The notes under the pieces were generated by a model. That model saw only the letters and a program-made list of their open reading frames with translations. It was not told where the DNA came from and made no database searches. The translations under genes and the position numbers were made by a program. DNA of 64,000 bases, taken from the NCBI GenBank assembly GCA_047601445.1, contig JASGJH010000001.1, forward strand, positions 5,856,001 through 5,920,000, given 5' to 3'. This document shows positions 8,670 through 18,406 of the stretch, one piece after another (the first letter of the stretch is position 1; each line of letters begins with the position of its first letter). This DNA comes from Myxococcales bacterium. GTDB lineage: Bacteria > Myxococcota_A > Polyangia > Polyangiales > DASUME01.

Positions 8670-11453
8670 GTGGGTGAACAACGACGAGATGCTCTCGGAC
8701 GTCCCGACCCCGACGAGCTCCTGCGGCGCTTGAACGCCGAGCGCGAGCGCGCCGAACGCGGCAAGTTCAAGGTTTTCTTCGGCTTCGCACCGGGGGTCGG
8801 CAAGACCTACGCGATGCTCGAGTCCGCCCACCGACTCAAGGGCCAGGGGATCGACGTGGTGGTGGGCGCCGTGGAGACCCACGGGCGCACCGAGACCGAG
8901 AAGTTGTGCGTGGGGCTCGAAGTGCTGCCGCGCCGCGAGGTGCTCCACCGTGGGACCACGCTGCACGAGTTCGATCTCGAGCGCGCGCTGGTTCGCAAGC
9001 CTCAGGTGCTGTTGTTGGACGAGCTCGCCCACACCAACGCCGAGGGCTCACGTCACAGAAAGCGCTATCAGGACGCGCTCGATCTGCTCGAGGCAGGCAT
9101 CGAGGTGCACACCACGCTGAACGTCCAGCACGTGGAGAGCCTCAACGACGTGGTGGCTCAAGTGACCTCCGTGCGGGTGCGCGAGACCGTGCCCGACGCC
9201 GTGCTCGACCGCGCCGAAGAGATCGAGCTGGTAGACCTGCCGCCCGAGGACCTCCTGGCGCGCTTGCGCGAAGGCCGCGTGTATATCCCGGAGCAGGCCA
9301 GCCGTGCCGCGCAGAACTTCTTCAAGCTCGGCAATTTGCTGGCACTACGCGAGCTCGCCCTGCGCCGCACCGCCGATCGCGTCGACGTGGACGTGCGTGC
9401 CTATCGCGCCGAGCATCGTATCGATCAGGTATGGGCGGCCGGGGAGCGCATCCTCGTGTGCGTCGGACCGAGCCCTGGGTCGGCGCGCCTGGTGCGTGCG
9501 GCGCGACGAATGTCTGCGGGCCTCCGAGCTCCGTGGCTCGCGGTATACGTGGAGCGCAGTACGGGCGCGCCCATCGGCCAGTCGGCCCGCGAACGCCTGG
9601 AGTCCAACCTGCGTCTCGCGGAGTCGCTGGGCGGCACGGTGGTGCGCCTGGTGGGCACCGATGTCGCGGACAGCTTGCTCGAGTACGCCCGCAAGCACAA
9701 CGTCACGCGCATCATCCTCGGCAAGCCCACGCACCCGCGTCTGCGCGACCGCTTGCGTGGATCGCTGGTCGACTCCGTGGTGCGTGGTAGCGGTGGCATC
9801 GATGTGCACGTGATTTCGGGGGATGCCGGGGACGCCCCGAGCCGCCCTGCTCCTCCGCCCCCGAGCCAGCGGACCGGGCTGCGCAGCTACCTGTGGGCGT
9901 TGGTGGCGGTCGGCGCGGCGACCGGTCTGGCGGCGCTCTTGCGCGTGGTGCTCGCGCCGCCCGACCTGGTGATGATCTACCTCGTGGCCATCATGTTGGT
10001 GGCCATCCGTTTCCCACTCTCGGTCGCCATCCTGGCTTCGGCGCTCTCGGTAGCAGTCTACGACTTTTTCTTCGTGCCTCCCTACCGCACGCTAGCCGTC
10101 TCGGACGTCCGCCACTTGCTCACGTTCCTGATGATGTTCGCCGTGGGTGTAGTGATCAGCAATCTCACTTTGAGGCTTCGGCGGCAGGAGCTGCGCGCCC
10201 GCGAGCGCGAGGATCGCACCGCCACGCTCTACGCGCTCAGCCGCGACCTGGGCACCACCTTCGGTGAGCCGCAGGTGGCGGCGGTGCTGGCGCGTCACGC
10301 GAGCTCCGTGTTCGGCGTGGCCGCGAATGTCAGCAAGTTGAGCGAGCGGCGCAGCTTGACGCGTCTTGCGAGCGCGGGAGCAGCCCCCATCGGGCCCACC
10401 GAGGATGGAGCTGCGCGCTGGGTGCTCGAGCACGGGCGACCGGCGGGCTGCGGGACGGACACCTTGCCGGGAGCGCGCACCTTCTCGGTGCCGCTGAGCG
10501 TGGGACCCAACGTGCATGCAGCTCTCTCCATCGCGCCGCGCTCGCCCCATGGACTGAGCTTCGATGAGCGCGACTTTCTGACGGCGTTCGCGCGTCAGGG
10601 CGCGCAGGCCCTCGAGCGCGCCATGCTCGCCGAGGAGGCCAAGCGCGCAGCACTGCACGCGCGGGCAGAGGAGATGCGCAGCAGCCTGTTGAGCGCGGTG
10701 TCGCACGATCTGCGCACGCCCTTGGCCGCCATCACCGGCGCAGCCAGCAGCTTGCGCGATCAGAGCGTGCACATCCCCGAGGCGCAGCGCGTCGAGCTGC
10801 TCGACACCATCGGTGAAGAAGCCGAGCGCCTCGAGCGCCTGGTGAGCAACTTGCTCGACATGACCCGCCTCGAAGCCGGAGGCGTGGCGTTGCGTCGCGA
10901 ATGGGTCCCGCTCGAAGAGCTGGTGGGATCATCGCTGACCCGCCTGGAAGGCAAGCTGCGTGGGCACCCCATCGACGTGTCGTTGCCGGCCGAGCTGCCC
11001 TTGGTGGCCGTGGATCCGGTGCTGTTCGAGCAGGTCTTCGTGAACTTGTTCGAGAACATCGCCAAGTACACGCCGGTCGGCACCCGCGTCGCCGTGCGAG
11101 GCTGGGTCGAGCCACCTGGGGAGCGTACCGGGGTCCCTGACGCTGCAGAGCGCGCGGCGCCCGTGGTGGCCATCGAACTGCGAGACTGGGGACCGGGCCT
11201 CCCGGAGGGGGGCGAAGAACGCGTCTTCGAGAAGTTCTATCGTGGCAGTCATCGCGGGGTGGCAGGGGTCGGGCTGGGGCTGCCTATTTGCCGGGGCATC
11301 GTCGAGGCCCACGGAGGTACGATCAGCGCCGAAAACCCCCTGGACGGAGGTGCTGGCTTCGTGATCCGTTTGCCGCTCGACCAGTCCCCACCAGACGTGG
11401 AGCTCGCCCCCGATAGCATCGTCGAGTCCTCCTCGAACGGGGCCTCGTCGTGA
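8670..11453 (+). CDS. kdpD: Sensor histidine kinase KdpD (KdpD-Usp-TM-GAF-HisKA-HATPase)
   Basis: RPDPDELL, GFAPGVGKTYAML, DELAHTN, Usp domain, SHDLRTPL H-box. Confidence 0.97.
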   Translation: MGEQRRDALGRPDPDELLRRLNAERERAERGKFKVFFGFAPGVGKTYAMLESAHRLKGQGIDVVVGAVETHGRTETEKLCVGLEVLPRREVLHRGTTLHEFDLERALVRKPQVLLLDELAHTNAEGSRHRKRYQDALDLLEAGIEVHTTLNVQHVESLNDVVAQVTSVRVRETVPDAVLDRAEEIELVDLPPEDLLARLREGRVYIPEQASRAAQNFFKLGNLLALRELALRRTADRVDVDVRAYRAEHRIDQVWAAGERILVCVGPSPGSARLVRAARRMSAGLRAPWLAVYVERSTGAPIGQSARERLESNLRLAESLGGTVVRLVGTDVADSLLEYARKHNVTRIILGKPTHPRLRDRLRGSLVDSVVRGSGGIDVHVISGDAGDAPSRPAPPPPSQRTGLRSYLWALVAVGAATGLAALLRVVLAPPDLVMIYLVAIMLVAIRFPLSVAILASALSVAVYDFFFVPPYRTLAVSDVRHLLTFLMMFAVGVVISNLTLRLRRQELRAREREDRTATLYALSRDLGTTFGEPQVAAVLARHASSVFGVAANVSKLSERRSLTRLASAGAAPIGPTEDGAARWVLEHGRPAGCGTDTLPGARTFSVPLSVGPNVHAALSIAPRSPHGLSFDERDFLTAFARQGAQALERAMLAEEAKRAALHARAEEMRSSLLSAVSHDLRTPLAAITGAASSLRDQSVHIPEAQRVELLDTIGEEAERLERLVSNLLDMTRLEAGGVALRREWVPLEELVGSSLTRLEGKLRGHPIDVSLPAELPLVAVDPVLFEQVFVNLFENIAKYTPVGTRVAVRGWVEPPGERTGVPDAAERAAPVVAIELRDWGPGLPEGGEERVFEKFYRGSHRGVAGVGLGLPICRGIVEAHGGTISAENPLDGGAGFVIRLPLDQSPPDVELAPDSIVESSSNGASS

Positions 11454-12145
11454 ACGTCCCGGGACCCAGCGTGCTCGTGGTGGACGACGAACAACCCATG
11501 CGGCGTTTCCTACGCACTGCGCTGGGAGCTCACGGCTACACCTTGTTCGAAGCGTCGAGCGCGGCGGAAGCCAAGCTGGTGATCACCACCCAGAACCCGA
11601 GTCTGGTGCTGCTCGACCTCGGGCTGCCCGACGCCGACGGCCTCGAATTGACGCGGGAGCTGCGCGAATGGAGCCGGGTGCCGATCATCGTCATCTCCGC
11701 GCGCGGTCGCGAGGATGACAAGGTCGCCGCGCTCGACGCGGGCGCCGACGACTACCTCACCAAGCCCTTCGGCGTGAACGAACTGTTAGCGCGCATCCGC
11801 GTCGCGCTCCGGCATGCCCGGGGAACGGCCCAAGAAGAGAGCAGACCGTTCGAGCTAGGCGGGCTAGCCATCGACTTCACGCGCCGGCTCGTCACGGTAG
11901 ATAGTCGTGAGATCCATCTAACACCCACGGAGTACAAGCTGCTCGGCTTGCTGGCGCGCCACGCGGGTAAGGTCCTCACGCACGCGCAGATCCTCAAGGA
12001 GGTTTGGGGCCCGAACTACGCGAACCAGACCCACTACGTACGCGTGCACATGGCCGAGCTGCGCAAGAAGGTGGAAGTCGACGCGGCCCGACCCCAGCGC
12101 ATCCTCACCGAGCCTGGCGTGGGCTATCGCCTGCGCGACCGCTGA
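11450..12145 (+). CDS. kdpE: Response regulator KdpE (OmpR family)
   Basis: REC (LDLGLPDADG, DDYLTKPF) plus wHTH (LTPTEYKLL, ILTEPGVGYR); overlaps kdpD stop. Confidence 0.95.
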   Translation: MNVPGPSVLVVDDEQPMRRFLRTALGAHGYTLFEASSAAEAKLVITTQNPSLVLLDLGLPDADGLELTRELREWSRVPIIVISARGREDDKVAALDAGADDYLTKPFGVNELLARIRVALRHARGTAQEESRPFELGGLAIDFTRRLVTVDSREIHLTPTEYKLLGLLARHAGKVLTHAQILKEVWGPNYANQTHYVRVHMAELRKKVEVDAARPQRILTEPGVGYRLRDR

Positions 12146-12230
12146 CCCGCGCTTCGTGGGCCTGCACCCAATCTTGCTCGCCACGGGACCCAAACCAGGT
12201 GTTCTGGAACGTTGGTAACCCAAGGGGGTT

Positions 12231-13820
12231 GTGGCATATTGCGCCGCGAGGTTCACCCCCTTGGCCAAACCCACGCTCGGCTCGATTGTCGGCGGGAAAT
12301 ACAAGCTCCTGCGCGCGCTCGGCGAAGGCGGGATGGGGACGGTGTACGAGGTGGAGCACGCGCTCACGCACAAGCGCGCCGCCATCAAGTGGGTGCACCC
12401 GCAAATGGGCTCCTCCGACAGCGCCCACGACCGGCTACTCCACGAGGCCCGCGCCACCTCGCGCATCCACCACCGCAACGTAGTCGATGTGTACGACGTC
12501 TTGCGGGAGGACGTCGCCGTCTGCCTGGTGATGCAGCTGTTGGTAGGCGAGCCGCTGTCGGATCTCATCGCGCGCGGGCCGATGCCCCTGAGCGAGTTCG
12601 TCGCCTTGCTCCTGCCTGCCATGCGCGGCGTGGCCGCGGCGCACGCGGCGGGCGTCATCCACCGCGACATCAAACCCGACAATATCTTTCTCGCTCAAGA
12701 GCCCGGGCAGTCCGAGATCGTCCCCAAGGTGATCGACTTCGGTATCTCCAAAGTCTTCGACCCCAAGGCGTCCAATCACACGCGCTCTGGGATCACCATG
12801 GGTACACCCAAGTACGTCTCCTACGAGCAGCTGCTCGGCGCGCGAGACGTGGACGCGCGGGCCGATGTGTACGCGTTCGGCGTGATGCTCTACGAAGCCA
12901 TCACGGGGGAGCCTCCCTACCGTGCCGGGACCTTTGGTGAGCAGGCCGTGGCCTTCGCGATGTCGGTTCCGGCGCGGCCCGTGTTGCTGCGACCCGACCT
13001 GCCGCCGGCCCTCGATACGCTGGTCTACCGCGCCATCGCCAAAGACCGCGAGCACCGCATCCGCAATATCGAAGCCTTGATCGCCGAGCTCGAGCAGTTC
13101 GCGGATGCCAAGGCCTACCCCGTGCCCATGCAGGCCTTCGCGGAGCCCGTACCGCCCTTCGGCACCCTGCAGCACGACGACCCGACGTCGCCCGCGGTGG
13201 TGACCCCCAGCTCGCAACCCCGCGACTCCTTGCCCGAGGTGAGTCGCCTCTCTCCCACGCCGAGCGCCCCGGCGCCGGTCGTGCCGGTGGCTAGCACCAG
13301 CCGCCGCCCGCGCGTGCGACTTACGAGCTTGATCGTGTTCGCCTGCGCGGCAGGTCTGCTCGGCCTGCTCGTATGGTGGTTCCAGGTGCCCAATCACCAG
13401 GCCTCCTTGCCGGCGGCGCGCGCGGAGTCCGCACCCACCACGGCCACGGGGGCTCGCGCACCAAGCCCCGGGTTCGCCACCAGCCCAGCCCCCAGCGGCA
13501 TAGGTCCCAGCAGTACGCCCGAGCCAACGTCCAACCCCAACGAGAGCGAACTGCTTCCCTCCCGAGCGAACGCCATGTTGCCCACCACCTCCCCAGCGAC
13601 CGTGCCCTCTGCCGTGCCTCTCTTGGGGGCTCCGCCGCCCGCAGCGTCCAAACAGCCAGTCGCCCGGCGCCAGGTCCCGCCGATCGTGAGCAAGGCGCCC
13701 GCGCGTGATCCGAGCGAGTCTGCCCCCGTCGCGCCGCGAGAGGCCGTCGACACTCCCAAGTCCGATGCCTCGGGCAATGAAACCCATCGCGCCGGGCGCC
13801 TCGGGCGCGACGAGTTCTGA
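12231..13820 (+). CDS. Membrane-anchored Hanks-type Ser/Thr kinase with Pro-rich extracytoplasmic tail
   Basis: LGEGGMGTVY, AIK, HRDIKPDN, DFG, GTPKY; one TM (SLIVFACAAGLLGLLVWW); start uncertain (possibly TTG 12261). Confidence 0.93.
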   Translation: MAYCAARFTPLAKPTLGSIVGGKYKLLRALGEGGMGTVYEVEHALTHKRAAIKWVHPQMGSSDSAHDRLLHEARATSRIHHRNVVDVYDVLREDVAVCLVMQLLVGEPLSDLIARGPMPLSEFVALLLPAMRGVAAAHAAGVIHRDIKPDNIFLAQEPGQSEIVPKVIDFGISKVFDPKASNHTRSGITMGTPKYVSYEQLLGARDVDARADVYAFGVMLYEAITGEPPYRAGTFGEQAVAFAMSVPARPVLLRPDLPPALDTLVYRAIAKDREHRIRNIEALIAELEQFADAKAYPVPMQAFAEPVPPFGTLQHDDPTSPAVVTPSSQPRDSLPEVSRLSPTPSAPAPVVPVASTSRRPRVRLTSLIVFACAAGLLGLLVWWFQVPNHQASLPAARAESAPTTATGARAPSPGFATSPAPSGIGPSSTPEPTSNPNESELLPSRANAMLPTTSPATVPSAVPLLGAPPPAASKQPVARRQVPPIVSKAPARDPSESAPVAPREAVDTPKSDASGNETHRAGRLGRDEF

Positions 13821-13823
13821 GCC

Positions 13824-14684
13824 GTGCTCCAAACGCGCTCTTTTCTCCTCGTGATGTTCTTGTCGAGCCTGGAGCTCGTCAGTCGCGTCCAGGCCCAGAC
13901 CGGCGATGCCGCCGCACCGAGCAACGTCGTCACGGGCGTTCCGGCGGCTCCGGTCGTGAACCCTCCGGCATTCGAGGAACCACCCGGCTACGCCGAGCTC
14001 ATCGACGCCGCCATTCGCGAGCATGAGCTCACGCACTTCCAGGAGGCCCGGGAGCTCTTGCTCAAGGCCCACGCCATGTTTCCGAACGCGCGTACCCTGC
14101 GCGGCCTGGGCAAGGTTGAGTACGAGCTGCGCAACTACGGTCACGCGGTGAGCCACCTCGAGAACGCATTGGCTTCGCCGGTGCGCCCCCTCGACGCGCG
14201 GCTGCGCGCCGAGGTGGAGGAGCTACTCGCCCGCGCGCGCGCCTACGTGGGCGAGGTGCACGTGGCCGTGAAACCGAGCAGCGCCTCGGTGATCGTCGAC
14301 GGCGTCACCGTGGCAAGCGGGCCCCAGGCTGTGTTCTCGCTGGTGGTGGGCGACCACCTCATCGAGTTCCAGGCAGCAGGACATTTCCCCGAGCGACGCG
14401 CCGTGCGCGTGAAGGGCGGCGAGCAGACCAACATTCAGGTCGTGCTCAACGCGCCGCTGGCGGACAAGGAGCCAGCTAGCCCCGAGAAGGCTGCCCCATC
14501 CCAGCCCAGCAGCGCGCCCCACGACGATGAGGCGCGCACGCGCACGCGCAGGCGCTGGCTGGCGTGGACCCTGTCGGCGGTGGCCGTCACGGGTGCCGCG
14601 CTCGCAATCGGCTTCGCGTTTCGCGACGATTCCACCGGTCGCGCGGATGGAGGCACGAGCGGCGTCGTCCTGAGGAACCCATGA
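13824..14684 (+). CDS. Exported TPR + PEGA domain protein with C-terminal hydrophobic helix
   Basis: Signal peptide (VQAQ), TPR-like helices (FQEARELLLKAH, NYGHAVSHLENAL), PEGA-like VKPSSASVIVDG...GDHLIEF, C-terminal TM. Confidence 0.8.
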   Translation: MLQTRSFLLVMFLSSLELVSRVQAQTGDAAAPSNVVTGVPAAPVVNPPAFEEPPGYAELIDAAIREHELTHFQEARELLLKAHAMFPNARTLRGLGKVEYELRNYGHAVSHLENALASPVRPLDARLRAEVEELLARARAYVGEVHVAVKPSSASVIVDGVTVASGPQAVFSLVVGDHLIEFQAAGHFPERRAVRVKGGEQTNIQVVLNAPLADKEPASPEKAAPSQPSSAPHDDEARTRTRRRWLAWTLSAVAVTGAALAIGFAFRDDSTGRADGGTSGVVLRNP

Positions 14685-16072
14685 AGCGTTGGTCGAACTT
14701 GCTCGCGCTGCGCGCCTACGCGCTGCTCCTTCTGGCTTCTCTGGTGCTCGCATGTGAGTCCACGTCCACGCAGCCCGACGGCATCGTGGTGGCGGTCTAC
14801 AGCGATCTCGTCGTGGGATCCGAGTTGAGTACGCTCACAGCCACGGTGATGGATCAGGACGGCAGTAAGGCGGCAGAACACACCTTCCAGCTCGACGCCA
14901 CGGCGCAAGGTGACTCCAACCTCCTGGTCTCCTTTGGCGTGCAACGCGGTCACTCCGAGCGGCTCTATCTCAAGCTGCAGGGCTTCGTCGGTGCCCAAGC
15001 CAATTCCAAGCTGGTCATCGAGCGTGTGCTCGAGGCTCGTTTCGTGTCGGGCAAGACCGCACTCTTGCGGGCGCTGCTGGGCGCGCGTTGCCTCGAGAAA
15101 CTGAGCTGCGACGGCCACACCACGTGCGATCCCTCAAACGGGGGCTGCATGGAGATTGCGGATGCCGCGCTCGAGACTCGCGATCCGAAGACACCCGACG
15201 ATGTCCACTGGCTGCCGACGAACTACGCGCCTCGTGAGAGACCTCAAACCTTCGACTCCGGTAGCGACGCCGCGGTGGACTCGGGCGCGGACTCCGGAGC
15301 AGACACCCTGGCGCCGGGACTCGCGTGCACCGAAGCGGCCGCATGCGACAGTCGAAGCTGCCTCGGAGGCTTTTGCTGCGCGGGTCTTTGCTCGCATGAT
15401 CACGTGGCTCCGAGCTGTCAGGGAGGCGGCTGCGAGAGCGGCATTTGTGACGACGGCTACGCCGATTGCAACGGCGATAAGGCGACCGACGGTTGCGAAA
15501 CGAAGGTCGCTAGCGACCCGAATCACTGCGGCATTTGTCAGAACGTCTGCGACTACGGCGCGTGTCAGGGTGGCGCATGCGTGACCTATGTCGAGGGCTC
15601 GCAATCCAAGGCGCAAACGTTCGACTGGGAGGCCGGCACCGTATGGTCCTTCCGCATTTACAATCAGCACCCAGGGAAGCTTGCTTCGATGGGGGTCTTG
15701 GCCGCCGCGCCGAATCAGGCTCAGCTCTATTTCGCGCTGTATCTGGATAACGGCGGTGCGCGGGGCTCTCGCCTCATCCAGAGCGATGTGCTCACCGTCG
15801 ATGCCGAGCGCGTCGAGTGGCGCGTGCCCGCGAATGTCGACGTGCCGATGCTGGGTGACAACCAGGGCTACTGGTTCTTGTTCACGCTCTCTGCGAAGAC
15901 GACGCTCTACACGGACCCGGGTAATCGCGACTTTTGGTCGTCGACAGGAACGCCGGAGTTTGGTCCAATCATGGGAGACCGACCTGACGACGTGTACAAC
16001 ACGTTCGAGCACGGGATCCGCTTCCCGAATCTGTTCTTTACCGTTGTGCCAAGTGGGGAGTCAGGTTCGTAG
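14681..16072 (+). CDS. Cys-rich modular lipoprotein
   Basis: ATGA overlap with previous gene; lipobox LVLAC; Cys repeats CDDGYADCNG...SDPNHCGICQNVC; beta-rich C-terminal domain. Confidence 0.8.
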   Translation: MKRWSNLLALRAYALLLLASLVLACESTSTQPDGIVVAVYSDLVVGSELSTLTATVMDQDGSKAAEHTFQLDATAQGDSNLLVSFGVQRGHSERLYLKLQGFVGAQANSKLVIERVLEARFVSGKTALLRALLGARCLEKLSCDGHTTCDPSNGGCMEIADAALETRDPKTPDDVHWLPTNYAPRERPQTFDSGSDAAVDSGADSGADTLAPGLACTEAAACDSRSCLGGFCCAGLCSHDHVAPSCQGGGCESGICDDGYADCNGDKATDGCETKVASDPNHCGICQNVCDYGACQGGACVTYVEGSQSKAQTFDWEAGTVWSFRIYNQHPGKLASMGVLAAAPNQAQLYFALYLDNGGARGSRLIQSDVLTVDAERVEWRVPANVDVPMLGDNQGYWFLFTLSAKTTLYTDPGNRDFWSSTGTPEFGPIMGDRPDDVYNTFEHGIRFPNLFFTVVPSGESGS

Positions 16073-16094
16073 TCCGTGAAAGAGAAGTAGTCGT

Positions 16095-16559
16095 ATGACG
16101 TGCTGTGGTTTGTTTTTCGGCACCGAGTCCACCCAAGGTAACTGTCTGCTCGCGACGCCGATCACCAAGAACAAAGACGCCTTCCCGTACTTCCCCTACA
16201 GCACGCCCCCCACGCCGAACCAGACGAAGCAGATCTACTGCCGCATCTACTCGCACACGCCCTACACCCAATCCATCGAGTACCTCGTCTACGTCTCGCC
16301 GCCGCTGGTGAACGGCGTCTTCCCGAGCACGCCGGTCTTGCAAACGCAGTTCGGGGTCGGCGGCAACTGGGTGGTCTCGGGAAATCGCTACTACAAGCAG
16401 GGCACGTTCCTGTTCACGCCGACGCAGCCGCAGGTGATGAGCGGCATCTGCATGCTGGTCAAAGCCAACCCCATGGGGCTCGCGGACTGCGCTTGCCCGA
16501 CGGGGTTCACCGATCTGGGGCTACAGCCTCTCTGCGCCATCTACGATCGCCCTTGGTGA
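16095..16559 (+). CDS. Hypothetical 154-aa protein with 8 Cys, rich in Pro/Thr/aromatic residues
   Basis: Strong GC3 codon bias in this frame; purine-rich segment upstream; no recognisable family. Confidence 0.7.
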   Translation: MTCCGLFFGTESTQGNCLLATPITKNKDAFPYFPYSTPPTPNQTKQIYCRIYSHTPYTQSIEYLVYVSPPLVNGVFPSTPVLQTQFGVGGNWVVSGNRYYKQGTFLFTPTQPQVMSGICMLVKANPMGLADCACPTGFTDLGLQPLCAIYDRPW

Positions 16560-17044
16560 ACAGCCAACGGAAGACGCCACGTCCGGCCATATAGGGGGGC
16601 CAACGCGCGAAAGGAGCTCGTGATGATCGGTCCGTACTCGCCGTTCAGTCGAGACGATGCCCCCCAAGTTCGGCCCTGTTCCTGCGTCCGCTCCCCCAAC
16701 GCGCGAGGAGGTTCCCGTGACGCGCGATCTATGCGCTGCACCCGGAAAGCCCCGCGCTGCTTCCGCGTGACTGCGCGGTCTCCGCGGCCTGCGTTCGACT
16801 CGAAATGCCAATGCCCTGTGACCGCACTGACACCCGCAGTGCGTTGGCGCGCGCGCACTGCGATAGACCTCGCACGCACTTCAATTGACCCTTTTCAGCG
16901 CCTCGAGGCACATGTAGGGTACGGAGCTCAACGGAGAACTTCGCGCGCCCCGGCGCCTGGTTTCAGGTCCTGACGGCAGAGCACGGCAGGGCACAGCTGG
17001 TTTTCCGAAATCGTTTTTATCTTGGTGTTCAAAAAAGGTGGCTT

Positions 17045-18268
17045 ATGCGGAGTGCAACTGGCGCGATTGTGGTGGCTTGTCTGGGCCTCATGGCCTGCGG
17101 AGGGGATCCGCCGGCCATCACGGGTGCCGCCTTTAAACCGAACACCCCGTGGGACCCCGACGGCGATGGCGTCTCCAACGGCACCTACCTCGATAACAAC
17201 GGCGACGGCGTGGCCGACGGTATCGATACCGATGACGATGGCAACATCGACCTGGACGTCTACGGCAAGCCCCTCAGCAAGGGCGACGGGGACGGCGATG
17301 GCGATGGGGACGGCGACAACACCACCGACCCCACCGGCGACGGCGACAACGACGGCAACTGCGCGGAGCAGATCGTCAAGAACGACCGCATCCCGCCCGA
17401 CATGCTGATCGTGCTCGATCGCTCAGGCAGCATGAAGATGAACAGCACCAACCGCTGGGATCCCTCGGTGGCGGCGCTCAAGCAGGTCACCTCGCAGCTG
17501 GCAGGCGGCATCAGCTTCGGTTTGATGAGTTTCCCTCCCTCGGGTGACGAGTGCGGCGCTGGCAAGTTGGACGTGCCGATTGCCGCCAACAACGCCATGG
17601 CCATCAACACGGCGCTCACGAACATGAGCCCCAAGGGCGGCACACCCACGTCCATCACGCTCAAGGAGGCGCACAAGCTCCTCGGCGGTGTGAGCCAGGA
17701 TCCGGACGCCATCGTGACCCCCAAGTACGTGCTCTTGGTCACCGACGGTGAGCCCAACTGCACGGCCAGCTGTCCCGACCCGCTCTCGGACTTTGCGGGC
17801 TGGTTCACCTGCATCACCAGCGGTGACCAGCAGGCCATCAAGGACAGCGTCGCCGAGATCAAGTCCATGACCGCCGACGGCATCAAGACCTTCGTGGTGG
17901 GCTACGACACCGGCAGCGACCCGGTGAAAACCACCATGGACATGATGGCCCAGGCCGGCGGCACCGGGGCCAAGAGTCACATCATCGTGAAGAGCGGCGA
18001 CGAGTTGCTCAAGGCCCTGGAGGACATCGCGGGCCAGGCGGCCACGTGCACCATCGTCCTCGAACAGTCGGTGAGCGACCCGAGTTACGTCCTCGTGACC
18101 ATCGATGACTCCCTCATGCTCGGCCTCAACCAGAAGGACGGCAATGGCTTCTCGGTGGGCGCCGACAATCGCACTGTGACCATTCTGGGCAAGTCGTGCG
18201 ACATGCTGCGTACCAAGGCCGATGCCAAGGTCCACGTGCAGGTACTTTGCGAGCCCGTGATTCTCTGA
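17045..18268 (+). CDS. VWA-domain lipoprotein with Asp/Gly-rich Ca-binding-like repeats (CglB/CglD-like architecture)
   Basis: Lipobox LMAC; DxDGDG repeats; MIDAS VLDRSGSM, GGTPT, LVTDGEPNC. Confidence 0.85.
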   Translation: MRSATGAIVVACLGLMACGGDPPAITGAAFKPNTPWDPDGDGVSNGTYLDNNGDGVADGIDTDDDGNIDLDVYGKPLSKGDGDGDGDGDGDNTTDPTGDGDNDGNCAEQIVKNDRIPPDMLIVLDRSGSMKMNSTNRWDPSVAALKQVTSQLAGGISFGLMSFPPSGDECGAGKLDVPIAANNAMAINTALTNMSPKGGTPTSITLKEAHKLLGGVSQDPDAIVTPKYVLLVTDGEPNCTASCPDPLSDFAGWFTCITSGDQQAIKDSVAEIKSMTADGIKTFVVGYDTGSDPVKTTMDMMAQAGGTGAKSHIIVKSGDELLKALEDIAGQAATCTIVLEQSVSDPSYVLVTIDDSLMLGLNQKDGNGFSVGADNRTVTILGKSCDMLRTKADAKVHVQVLCEPVIL

Positions 18269-18291
18269 GCCGCACAGAGAGCGTCACATGA

Positions 18292-18327
18292 AAGGCCGCC
18301 GGGAGATTCCTGGCGGCCTTCGTGTTT
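18292..18327 (+). terminator. Intrinsic terminator hairpin between convergent genes
   Basis: AAGGCCGCCGGGA-GAT-TCCTGGCGGCCTT followed by CGTGTTT. Confidence 0.7.
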
Positions 18328-18406
18328 GTGGGGAGCGAGCAGCAGTCGACGCACACCCACTCGCTTCGTTGGGGTGAGCCTTCAGGCGCAGGCCTGGTGT
18401 CGTGGC

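Noticed and set aside
16560..17044. ORF 16620-16973 with an AAGGAG upstream, and a hairpin at 16835-16862 as a possible ncRNA or riboswitch
   Set aside because: Translation lacks the genome's codon pattern; a single 9-bp GC stem is expected by chance; no known RNA motif recognised
17045..18268. Assigning cglB or cglD to the VWA lipoprotein
   Set aside because: Architecture is similar, but myxobacteria have many VWA lipoproteins and no gliding genes are adjacent
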